Shown here: positions 56,555-64,000 of the stretch, piece by piece
Position numbering within the stretch: position 1 is the first letter of the stretch
Layout of the letters: every line of letters begins with the position of its first letter
Assembly (NCBI GenBank): GCA_041750285.1
Contig: JBGSZS010000009.1
Span: 96,001 to 160,000 of the forward strand
Reading direction: 5' to 3'
From: Candidatus Fermentibacteraceae bacterium
GTDB taxonomy: Bacteria > Fermentibacterota > Fermentibacteria > Fermentibacterales > JCC-6
DNA: 64,000 nucleotides
Translations under genes and position numbers: made by a program
Notes under the pieces: generated by a model
Told to the model about the DNA's origin: nothing
The model's input: only the letters and a program-made list of their open reading frames with translations
Databases searched by the model: none

Positions 56555-57967
56555 TCAGAGGCGCATGACGGTGAAGAAAGTGCTGCCGTCGCGCCAGATG
56601 AGAAGCAGAACGTCGTCGGTGGAGTTGCGGATGATGTCTTCTACTTCTCCGGGTGTCCCGACCCTGGTCCGGTTGACCTCGAGGATCACATCGCCTCCGC
56701 GAAGTCCCGCGCTTTCTGCGCTGCCGTTCCGGGTCACCTCGGCTATGAGCACACCCTCTGATCCTGGTACTCCCAGTTGCTCGGCCCGGTTCCATTCAAG
56801 TTCTCGAAGAACCCAGCCCGCCTCTTCCGAGAAGGAGCGTGCGACTTCGGGCACCATGGAGGCGCCGGGCTGCGAGCCAAGGGTGACACGGACAATACGC
56901 TCCCTGCCATCACGGATCAGGGTGAAGGCGACCCGGGTCTCGGGAAGGGTGGCGGCGATCCGGTTTCGGAGGGATGCCACTGTCTGAACCGGCTCGCCGT
57001 CCATGGCTGTTATCACGTCACCCCTCAGGATGTCCGCACCAGAGGCGGGTGTCCCCGTGAGGACGTCCGACACCACAACACCGGCAACATCCTCATCCAG
57101 GCCGAATTGAAGCCGCAACTCGTCCGACAACTCCTGAAGGGTCACGCCAAGCCACCCGCGCCGAACCTCTCCGAAGCTTATCAGGTCACTCATGACGCTC
57201 CGGACCATTTCAACGGGGATGGCGAATCCGACACCCTGGTTTCCACCGGTGCGGCTCGCAATGGCGGTGTTGATCCCTATCAGCTCGCCCCTCATGTTCA
57301 CCAGCGCGCCTCCGCTGTTTCCTGGGTTGATGGCGGCATCGGTCTGGATGTACGACTCGTAGTCGGCGAGCCCAACCCCCTCCCTGCCGAGAAAACTGAT
57401 GATGCCCTGAGTGACGGTCTGGCTCAGGGCGAAGGGGGAGCCAATGGCAAGGACCCACTCACCTACCCTTGCAGTGCCGGTCTGTCCCATCTCTATCACG
57501 GGAAGACCTGTGGCTTCTATGCGGATGACGGCAAGATCCGTTCTGCTGTCTGACGCGATCAGTTTCGCCGGGAAGGTCTCTCCGGTGGAGAGCACCACCT
57601 CGAGCTCATCCGCCTCGCCCACAACATGGTGGTTTGTTACTATGTAGCCGTCATCGGTCACTATCACGCCGCTTCCGAGCCCCCGCTGCGTGTATTCCCT
57701 CTGCTGGGGAGGCCCAAAACCGTAGAATCCCCAAGGGGTCATGCCGAAACCTGGAACAGTTGCCGTAACGGTTGTCCGGGAGTTGATGGTCACCACACTT
57801 GGGCCCACGGCTTCCGCTATGTCCGCAAAATGATCGCTGATGGCAACAGGGTCAGCCATGACCACGGTCACAGTGTCCGGGTTCGCCGTGACGCCTGTTT
57901 CCTGAAGCCCGGGGGATGGAAGCAAAACCTGCGTCAAGGCGGCAAGGCATGCAAGAACCGTACCCAA
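56555..57967 (-). CDS. DegP/HtrA (Do) serine protease with two PDZ domains
   Basis: GLGSGVI, VTNHHV, TDLAV, IQTDAAINPGNSGGAL; two PDZ domains. Confidence 0.95.
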   Translation of the reverse strand: MGTVLACLAALTQVLLPSPGLQETGVTANPDTVTVVMADPVAISDHFADIAEAVGPSVVTINSRTTVTATVPGFGMTPWGFYGFGPPQQREYTQRGLGSGVIVTDDGYIVTNHHVVGEADELEVVLSTGETFPAKLIASDSRTDLAVIRIEATGLPVIEMGQTGTARVGEWVLAIGSPFALSQTVTQGIISFLGREGVGLADYESYIQTDAAINPGNSGGALVNMRGELIGINTAIASRTGGNQGVGFAIPVEMVRSVMSDLISFGEVRRGWLGVTLQELSDELRLQFGLDEDVAGVVVSDVLTGTPASGADILRGDVITAMDGEPVQTVASLRNRIAATLPETRVAFTLIRDGRERIVRVTLGSQPGASMVPEVARSFSEEAGWVLRELEWNRAEQLGVPGSEGVLIAEVTRNGSAESAGLRGGDVILEVNRTRVGTPGEVEDIIRNSTDDVLLLIWRDGSTFFTVMRL

Positions 57968-58102
57968 TTCTCCTCCTTTCCTGTCTACTACCGTGCGGGT
58001 GATTTTACCCCCGTGAAAAAGACAGGTTCCATAAGATCGGGCTGTTGACGAGCGGTCTGTCCTGGAGTATCTGAAACGGGCAAACGAAAGGCCGGGTTTA
58101 CT

Positions 58103-58753
58103 ATGCTGATGCTCATCCTCACGCTGGCGGGCATGTTCACCATTCCTTCAGCCATCGTTCTGCCCTCCCCCGAAACCGAAGGCGGCATGAGCCTTTACGC
58201 AGCACTCTCCGTGCGACGATCGGTGAGAAGCTATTCCGGAACAGACAGCCTGACATTGGGGCAGCTCTCACAGCTCGTGTGGGCAGCCCAGGGGAAAACC
58301 GGCACCCGGGGAAGGCGTACCGCACCCTCCGCGGGCGCGACATACCCTCTGGAAGTGCTTTGCCTGATCGAAAGGGTATCGGGGGCGGAACCGGGCCTGT
58401 ACCGTTACGACCCGGTCGACCACATTCTTGCTCCCACTGCGATCGCAGCGGCCGGGGCAACCGTCCCCAGGGTGGCCGAGGCCTGTTACGGGCAATCCTG
58501 GATCGGCAACGCCGCGGCGATTCTAGTAATAGTCGCCGACTACCCGCGCACGACCGATCACTACGGTGAAAGGGGCGTCCGCTACGTTGACATGGAGGCC
58601 GGACACACCGGCCAGAATGTTTATCTGATGGCCGCGGCGCTGGATCTAGCCACCTGCGCGGTGGGCGCCTTCGATGAGGATGCCATGACAGACCTTCTGG
58701 GGCTGCGCGGCCAGAAGCCGGTCTACATCTTTCCGGTTGGAGTCCCGGAATAG
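58103..58753 (+). CDS. SagB/ThcOx-type nitroreductase-fold oxidoreductase
   Basis: RRSVRSY, RTAPSAGATYPLE, YGERGVRY..MEAGH..QNVYL, CAVGAFD. Confidence 0.88.
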   Translation: MLMLILTLAGMFTIPSAIVLPSPETEGGMSLYAALSVRRSVRSYSGTDSLTLGQLSQLVWAAQGKTGTRGRRTAPSAGATYPLEVLCLIERVSGAEPGLYRYDPVDHILAPTAIAAAGATVPRVAEACYGQSWIGNAAAILVIVADYPRTTDHYGERGVRYVDMEAGHTGQNVYLMAAALDLATCAVGAFDEDAMTDLLGLRGQKPVYIFPVGVPE

Positions 58754-58754
58754 A

Positions 58755-59483
58755 CTAGAACCTGTACTCCACCCCCAGCACGGCGTAGTGAAGCCACGCA
58801 AAGGTGTAGACCGCATCGACGTCGGCGCCGCCCTCAATGGTCCTGTAGCCGGCGTTGAGGCTGAGCATGTCACTCAGGTCGCGCGAAAGCTTCAGGGATA
58901 CGTCGAATGCCCGGCCGGGACCTCCCGCCAACCCGTTGAAATCAAGGGAAAGCCTGGTTCCCGGGCAGAACGTGTAATCCCCCCTGAGGTAGAGCAGGGG
59001 CACGAAGCCCAGATCGGTCTTCTCGGCGTGAAGGTCTTCCTGCGAAAGGCTTATCAGGGCGTCGCGGATCTTGGCGGTGAAACCCACCCTCCACTGCCAG
59101 CTCCCGCCCTCGTGAAAAAGGTAGCTGTAGCCAACCCGCCACGAGTTGAAGCGGAATACGGCGTCTGTGGTGCCCGCCGGGAAGGTCACGCCCTGAAAAA
59201 CGGCAGCTTCTTCAAGCTCCACCGTCTCGCTTATCTCCAGTGGGGCAAGGGTGAGCTGCAGCCGGTGCCTCGGGTTCATGTCCCAGTTAACGTACATCCG
59301 TCCCGCGGCAAGGGGGCCGGACCCTGCCAGGTCAACAAGATCGATCTCGGTGGACTCGGTGTCGTTTGGAATACGGAAGTCGTTCCTTGACTGCCAGACC
59401 AGGCCACCCTCGAGTTCGACGGAGAAGTTCCCCGCACAGAGCACTGCGACCACGACAGGCACAACAGCTGAAAAAAGTCTCAT
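58755..59483 (-). CDS. Outer-membrane beta-barrel protein of unknown function
   Basis: Signal peptide; amphipathic strands; GYRTIEGGAD; C-terminal VEYRF. Confidence 0.7.
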   Translation of the reverse strand: MRLFSAVVPVVVAVLCAGNFSVELEGGLVWQSRNDFRIPNDTESTEIDLVDLAGSGPLAAGRMYVNWDMNPRHRLQLTLAPLEISETVELEEAAVFQGVTFPAGTTDAVFRFNSWRVGYSYLFHEGGSWQWRVGFTAKIRDALISLSQEDLHAEKTDLGFVPLLYLRGDYTFCPGTRLSLDFNGLAGGPGRAFDVSLKLSRDLSDMLSLNAGYRTIEGGADVDAVYTFAWLHYAVLGVEYRF

Positions 59484-59613
59484 CCCAAGGCCCCCTTTCC
59501 GACCCGTTCATCCGGGCGTTCAAAACCGTTCCCGCGTGTTGAATATAGGCCTTCGGGTCTGAAGACGGGTCGTTTTTCTTATATTCAGTTCCGACAACGA
59601 ATGGGGGGCAGAA

Positions 59614-60720
59614 ATGAAGACATTGCGCATTCTCGCGCCGCTCGCGGTCCTGGCTTTCGGCTGCGGACGGCAGCAGTTGCCAGCGGAGGCGGAAATCCCG
59701 CTCTGCAACCTTTCCATTCTTGACTCGGTGGGAGTGGAACTGGGTGATTCGGCCTACATCTTCGGCGGGATCATGGGCATCGAGTTCATGCCGGATGGGG
59801 GGTTTGCCGTTCTGGACAGGGCCACATGCAACATCAGGCTGTTCACGAACACGGGGGAACACACCGCAACCATAGGCAGAAGGGGCACCGGTCCCGGCGA
59901 GATAGTCCAGCCCTATGGCCTGCTGCTCTGGTCGAACGGCGACCTCGGTGTGATCGATCCGTTCCAGGGCGGTCTTCTGAGGTTCAGCCCCGAGGGCGAG
60001 TATATGGGAATCGTGTTCGAGGCAACCCACAACATCCCCTTCGATCCAAGAATGGTTGGCGACACCGCGTATATCGCACAGAGAACGGCCATCGAAACCG
60101 AGGGCGACCAGGTCTTCATGGAGACCTATCTGGGATTCTTCCCAATGACCCATGAGCCGTCACGCAAGTACATCTCGGACAGGGTTCCCCTGGACCCGGC
60201 CAACATGGCCGATTACATCCTGCACAGCTTCTTCTACAGCTCGTGGGCGGTCGACCCCGCAAGCGGAACGCTTTACGCTTCACCCTTTCACGAAGGTGAA
60301 TACAGGATACTGGCGTTCCCCTTCGACGGAGGCGATCCACGGGTGATATCCATGGAGGTCGAGCCGGTCGCCAAGACACCCGAGGAGATCCAGCTCGAGA
60401 AGGCCTTCGTGGCATCATACCTTACCGCCGCCGAGGGCGGCAATCCGATGTACGACGTCAACTGCGAGCCATGGCCCTTCAAGCTTCCGGTCGAGGGCAT
60501 GTACGTTGATGACTCGGGGAACCTGTGGGTTCTCAGGGGGGATACCGGGGATGTGCTGTTCAACGTATGGAACGGCTCCGGCGAACGGATCTTCGATGTG
60601 GCGCTTCCCGGATTCCCGGCGGGCGACCACAGTTTCAGGATCAGGGGTGACCGCATGCTGCTCTGGCGGGAGAACCCCACCGACTACCAGAAGGTTTATA
60701 TAATCGCAATCCCATGGTAG
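59614..60720 (+). CDS. 6-bladed beta-propeller lipoprotein
   Basis: Lipobox LAFG-C; TIGRRGTGPGE; paralog of 39531..40676. Confidence 0.75.
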   Translation: MKTLRILAPLAVLAFGCGRQQLPAEAEIPLCNLSILDSVGVELGDSAYIFGGIMGIEFMPDGGFAVLDRATCNIRLFTNTGEHTATIGRRGTGPGEIVQPYGLLLWSNGDLGVIDPFQGGLLRFSPEGEYMGIVFEATHNIPFDPRMVGDTAYIAQRTAIETEGDQVFMETYLGFFPMTHEPSRKYISDRVPLDPANMADYILHSFFYSSWAVDPASGTLYASPFHEGEYRILAFPFDGGDPRVISMEVEPVAKTPEEIQLEKAFVASYLTAAEGGNPMYDVNCEPWPFKLPVEGMYVDDSGNLWVLRGDTGDVLFNVWNGSGERIFDVALPGFPAGDHSFRIRGDRMLLWRENPTDYQKVYIIAIPW

Positions 60721-60744
60721 GGAACGCATACCCGGAGGGAAAAC

Positions 60745-61350
60745 ATGAGACCTTTGCTTTTCGCCCTGTTCGTTATGGCCGCTGCCGTTCACGCCGCCAC
60801 GGCAACCTGTGAATGGGAGGGGACCGAAACCGTTCTCGGGCTTTACGGGACCGGCACACCCCCCATCATAGTCTCCCTGGTCTCCGACCCCGTTCACGGA
60901 GGATCCCAGGCCCTGAGCCTCGAGGACAACTCCCCTTCAGGTACCCCACAGGCCTACGTCGCCTGGATCGTGGGGCTTTCCGACGGCGACGAGGTAACGG
61001 CCAGCTTCTGGCGCTACGACATCACGCCGGGCAGCACACCGCCCTCGTGCAGGATCTGGGGCCACTGGAACGATGATCCTGAAGACCTTTACGGCTACAC
61101 CGGCAGCGCCGGGGGCAACAACGACTACGGCCCCGGTACGGGCTGGGACATGGTCGAGTACTCCTGGACCGTTGCTGAAGGCCACACGGGGCTCGTAGTC
61201 GAGATCAGGACCTATTCGGAACCGGGTGACACGGTGTTCATCGATGACCTCACCGTCACAGCTCCCGATGGCGCCACGATCTGGACTCCCGAGAACTACC
61301 TCTCGCTTCAGGGAACCACCTGGGCGGGCATCAAGAGCCTTTCCTGGTAG
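60745..61350 (+). CDS. Secreted beta-sandwich (CBM-like) protein with a C-terminal TWAGIK motif
   Basis: GGAGG RBS; AxA signal peptide; VHGGSQAL...W...VFIDDL galactose-binding-like pattern. Confidence 0.65.
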   Translation: MRPLLFALFVMAAAVHAATATCEWEGTETVLGLYGTGTPPIIVSLVSDPVHGGSQALSLEDNSPSGTPQAYVAWIVGLSDGDEVTASFWRYDITPGSTPPSCRIWGHWNDDPEDLYGYTGSAGGNNDYGPGTGWDMVEYSWTVAEGHTGLVVEIRTYSEPGDTVFIDDLTVTAPDGATIWTPENYLSLQGTTWAGIKSLSW

Positions 61351-61359
61351 AAGCAAGGG

Positions 61360-63633
61360 TCAGAACTCGTACTCAAGCCCGACAACGGGCATGATCCCCC
61401 ACTGGAGTATCGTGTCCGCGCTTCTGGTGACGCCGTTCCAGTAGACGGCGGCGATGTTCCTGCGGTCGTATACGTTCCATACCGACGCGTAGGTCACCAG
61501 GGCCGTTCCCCGGAAGTTGAAGCGCCTGTCCACCCTCAGGTTCAGGGCATGGTAAGCGGGAAGGCGTTCAGCATTGATGCGTGAATCGTCCAGAATGGTC
61601 CGGTTGTACAGGGCGCTGGCTTCAAGGTCCAGGGGGGTGTACGGTCTTCCCCCGGCGTAGTCCCATCTGACCGATGCCTCCCAGCGTTCGTCGAACTTGT
61701 AGCCCCCCTCGATGCCCACCATCAGCCTGTTGTCGTATATCCTGCTTCTCCACTGCGCTCCCGGGCTCCGGTACGATGAAGACGACCATGAGCCCGATAC
61801 GATCCCGTACAGACCCATCGCCAGACGTTTGTGAAGGGTGATCTCGAGCCCCCGGGAACGAGCACGGGCACCGGACTCAAGTGTGCTGAAGGTGTAGAGG
61901 TCCTGCTCGCTCCCCAGCCCGTCCAGAATGAAGTAACCGGGCTGCCCCGGATCATAGGGGAAGTCCGAATACTCTTTCGAATAGGCCTCAACGACAAGAC
62001 GGGTGTCCTCACCAAGGAGCTTACGCCATCCAACGACGGCATGCACCGCCGACGGCTCGGCGAGCTCTTCGAATGCGGGATCTCTGGCAATGAGCTCATC
62101 CGGCAGGGCCTGCCTGTAAACCCCTGCGGAGGCGGTTATCGTGCTGCCCTCACCCACCGGCATGCTGACCGACCCGCGGGGCGAAAAGGATGCCTCATCG
62201 CTCGCGCCGTTGAAATCACCCCGGACTCCCACGGTGGCCGTGAGCACAGGGGAGACGGCAAGTGAAGCCTCGGCAAAGACACCTGCCCTGCCGTACTCCA
62301 CGCTCTTCCGAACCGAGAGGGGGGGGAGGGGCTCTCCGCTCCAGGTTGTGTCGGCCCCGTAAAAGTTGTCGAAGTCATCGAACCGGTATGCCGCATCGGT
62401 TCCAAAGCTCAATTCAAGCGTTCGGGACGCCTGCCATGTGTTCGCGTTCCTGAGCCGAAGCGCCCTCTCCCTTGAATCCTGCACGGCCTCCAGCTCACGG
62501 TTCGCCGTCTTGCTGTAATCCCCGCCGTAGGTCAGGGTGGAGAATGAAAGGGATGTCTCGCTGAAGCCATTCCCTTCCCAGAGCCACCGCCAGTTCAGCC
62601 CGGAAAGGATGTTGTTGCCCCTCGTTATGCCGTAGTTGGGGTTGCCGTCTTCCCACGCCTGCTCCCAGGTGTAGTCGACGTAGTCAACCGCTCCAATCCC
62701 CAGGAACGTCAGCCTGTGGTCGGGGGACAGGTCGTGATCGGTCTTCACCATGAAGTCGGAGTAGACCGGCACCGCGTCGATCTCGGCTATGTCGGCAAGA
62801 AGGCTGATCCAGGAGTGTCTCGCTGTGACCAGCCATGATCCGGCATCGCCGGGAAGCGGTCCCTCGAGCACGGTCCCGGCGCCGGCCATTCCGAAGTCCA
62901 GCTGCCCGTCGAACTCCTGCCTGTTGCCGGACCTCATGTCAAGCTCCATCACCGAGGACAGCCTGTCACCGAAGGATGTCCCGAAGCCGCCTGCGGAGAA
63001 GCGGACGTCGGAAAGGACATCCACGTTCACCATGGAAAGTCCGCCGCCCGATGTTCCCTGTCTGGGAAAATGGTTGATGTTCCCCATCTCCATGTTCTCT
63101 ATGTAGATGCCGTTCTCGAAGGGATTGCCCCCACGGACCGCCAGGCCGTTGTACTGGTTGTCGACCTTCGACACGGATGGAAGCCCGGCGATTATCCTCA
63201 CGACATCACCGGCGGACCCCGGCGCCCGTCGCACCTCCTCGCCCGAGAAGCCCTGGGAGCTTCCCGCGCGGTCATCTTCCCCCGAGAAGTACGAAGGCCT
63301 GACGGTGATCGTGCCACCCGCCACGGGTGCCCTTTCCAGAACAACATCAACGGATGTCAACCGCCCCGACCTCACTATGACGTCGGCCTTCAGCCCGGGG
63401 TGATGCCCCACCGAGGAAACCCTCAGACCGTAGCTTCCCACAGGCACAGAAGTTATTGAGTATTCACCGCCTGCATCAGTGATGGCCCCCAGTTCGGTTC
63501 CGTCGAGGATCACAAAAGCCCCGGCAACGGGTTCCATCGTTCCGGCGGTAACAACCGACCCGGCAACCCTGCCGCTCGGTTCGGTCCCGAACACGACTCC
63601 TGCAAAGAGAGCTATCGTGAGTGCTTTCATCAA
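61360..63633 (-). CDS. TonB-dependent receptor
   Basis: Carboxypeptidase-regulatory-like N-domain; plug LPSV..VRGG..EN..NHF, AGGFGTSFGDRLSSV; barrel ending GLEYEF. Confidence 0.9.
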   Translation of the reverse strand: MMKALTIALFAGVVFGTEPSGRVAGSVVTAGTMEPVAGAFVILDGTELGAITDAGGEYSITSVPVGSYGLRVSSVGHHPGLKADVIVRSGRLTSVDVVLERAPVAGGTITVRPSYFSGEDDRAGSSQGFSGEEVRRAPGSAGDVVRIIAGLPSVSKVDNQYNGLAVRGGNPFENGIYIENMEMGNINHFPRQGTSGGGLSMVNVDVLSDVRFSAGGFGTSFGDRLSSVMELDMRSGNRQEFDGQLDFGMAGAGTVLEGPLPGDAGSWLVTARHSWISLLADIAEIDAVPVYSDFMVKTDHDLSPDHRLTFLGIGAVDYVDYTWEQAWEDGNPNYGITRGNNILSGLNWRWLWEGNGFSETSLSFSTLTYGGDYSKTANRELEAVQDSRERALRLRNANTWQASRTLELSFGTDAAYRFDDFDNFYGADTTWSGEPLPPLSVRKSVEYGRAGVFAEASLAVSPVLTATVGVRGDFNGASDEASFSPRGSVSMPVGEGSTITASAGVYRQALPDELIARDPAFEELAEPSAVHAVVGWRKLLGEDTRLVVEAYSKEYSDFPYDPGQPGYFILDGLGSEQDLYTFSTLESGARARSRGLEITLHKRLAMGLYGIVSGSWSSSSYRSPGAQWRSRIYDNRLMVGIEGGYKFDERWEASVRWDYAGGRPYTPLDLEASALYNRTILDDSRINAERLPAYHALNLRVDRRFNFRGTALVTYASVWNVYDRRNIAAVYWNGVTRSADTILQWGIMPVVGLEYEF

Positions 63634-63653
63634 GGGTTCCTTTCATCCACTGG

Positions 63654-63686
63654 TTAAACGATTGTTTCAAACATATGTTTGAAACA
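63654..63686. promoter_or_regulatory. Tandem TetR-type operators between the divergent TBDR and tetR genes
   Basis: Perfect 24-bp palindrome TGTTTCAAACATATGTTTGAAACA (63663-63686) overlapping a degenerate copy TTAAACGATTGTTTCA. Confidence 0.75.
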
Positions 63687-63764
63687 CAGCGGGTGCAACC
63701 CCCGGAAAAAGACTTGCGGACAGGGCCGGGAATTCGTACGCTACAGGGATGGCCGGGAGGCAGC

Positions 63765-64000
63765 TTGAGCGATCAAACAACAAAGGAACGCATTCTCATC
63801 GCGGCGATATCAATCGTGGAAAAGGAGGGCATCAGCGCGATCACCATGCGCCGGATAGCCCGTGACGCCGGCGTGAACACCGCCGCCGTGAACTACCATT
63901 TCGGCTCGAGGGCAAACCTCGTGAGAGCAGTGCTTGACGCGTCGATGGGGCACGCGGTCGATGACTGGGCAATGGTGATCGGCACTGATGGGCTCGGACC
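63765..64000 (+). CDS. TetR/AcrR-family transcriptional regulator, 3'-truncated by the window edge
   Basis: Manual translation (not in the ORF track): MSDQTTKERILIAAISIVEKEGISAITMRRIARDAGVNTAAVNYHFGSRANL; GGAGG RBS and TTG. Confidence 0.92.
   Translation, partial: MSDQTTKERILIAAISIVEKEGISAITMRRIARDAGVNTAAVNYHFGSRANLVRAVLDASMGHAVDDWAMVIGTDGLG

Noticed and set aside
53639..58753. TldD/PmbA plus a SagB-type oxidoreductase as a microcin/TOMM RiPP cluster
   Set aside because: No YcaO, precursor peptide or exporter is visible; the genes are separated by degP and both families commonly occur alone.
59499..59580. Imperfect long-range inverted repeat (cgacccgt...acgggtcg) in a divergent intergenic region
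   Set aside because: Only about 8 bp of pairing across about 55 nt; could be chance.
1..64000. tRNA, rRNA, tmRNA or other known ncRNA genes
   Set aside because: Intergenic gaps are short and I saw no cloverleaf or rRNA signatures; an Infernal/tRNAscan run would be needed to exclude them fully.

Overview
GC-rich bacterial chromosome window, densely coding and mostly housekeeping. It holds malQ, a recJ-like gene, valS-glyS-recO-corC-ybeY-HD-phoH, rho-rpmE-DUF1385-prfA-prmC-ispG-glnA, nth, rnd, tadA, pepP, tldD/pmbA and degP, plus many envelope genes (beta-barrels, lipoproteins, OmpA, a TonB-dependent receptor, a GH85 with a T9SS-like C-terminal domain). The envelope repertoire suggests a diderm FCB-related lineage such as Ca. 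Fermentibacteria; this is inference, not a database result. I found no tRNA, rRNA, CRISPR array, transposase or integrase. Main observations: (1) a perfect 30-bp inverted repeat pair (47343-47372 and 56451-56480) brackets a 9.1-kb, nine-gene block, with a promoter just inside one end and a terminator just inside the other; (2) a candidate extracellular-DNA capture/salvage locus at about 5.1-14.4 kb (barrel-ComEA fusion, partner barrel, ComEB-like deaminase, RecJ-like nuclease, tandem OB-fold lipoprotein, lamin-tail protein); (3) a shared C-terminal [ST]W[AG]xIK motif on two unrelated secreted proteins; (4) a lipoprotein gene split by one in-frame TAA; (5) a coiled-coil lipoprotein plus LysM pair that may tether the outer membrane to peptidoglycan. 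All product calls come from motif recognition by eye. Start codons were moved from the ORF track where an RBS or gene overlap supported it.
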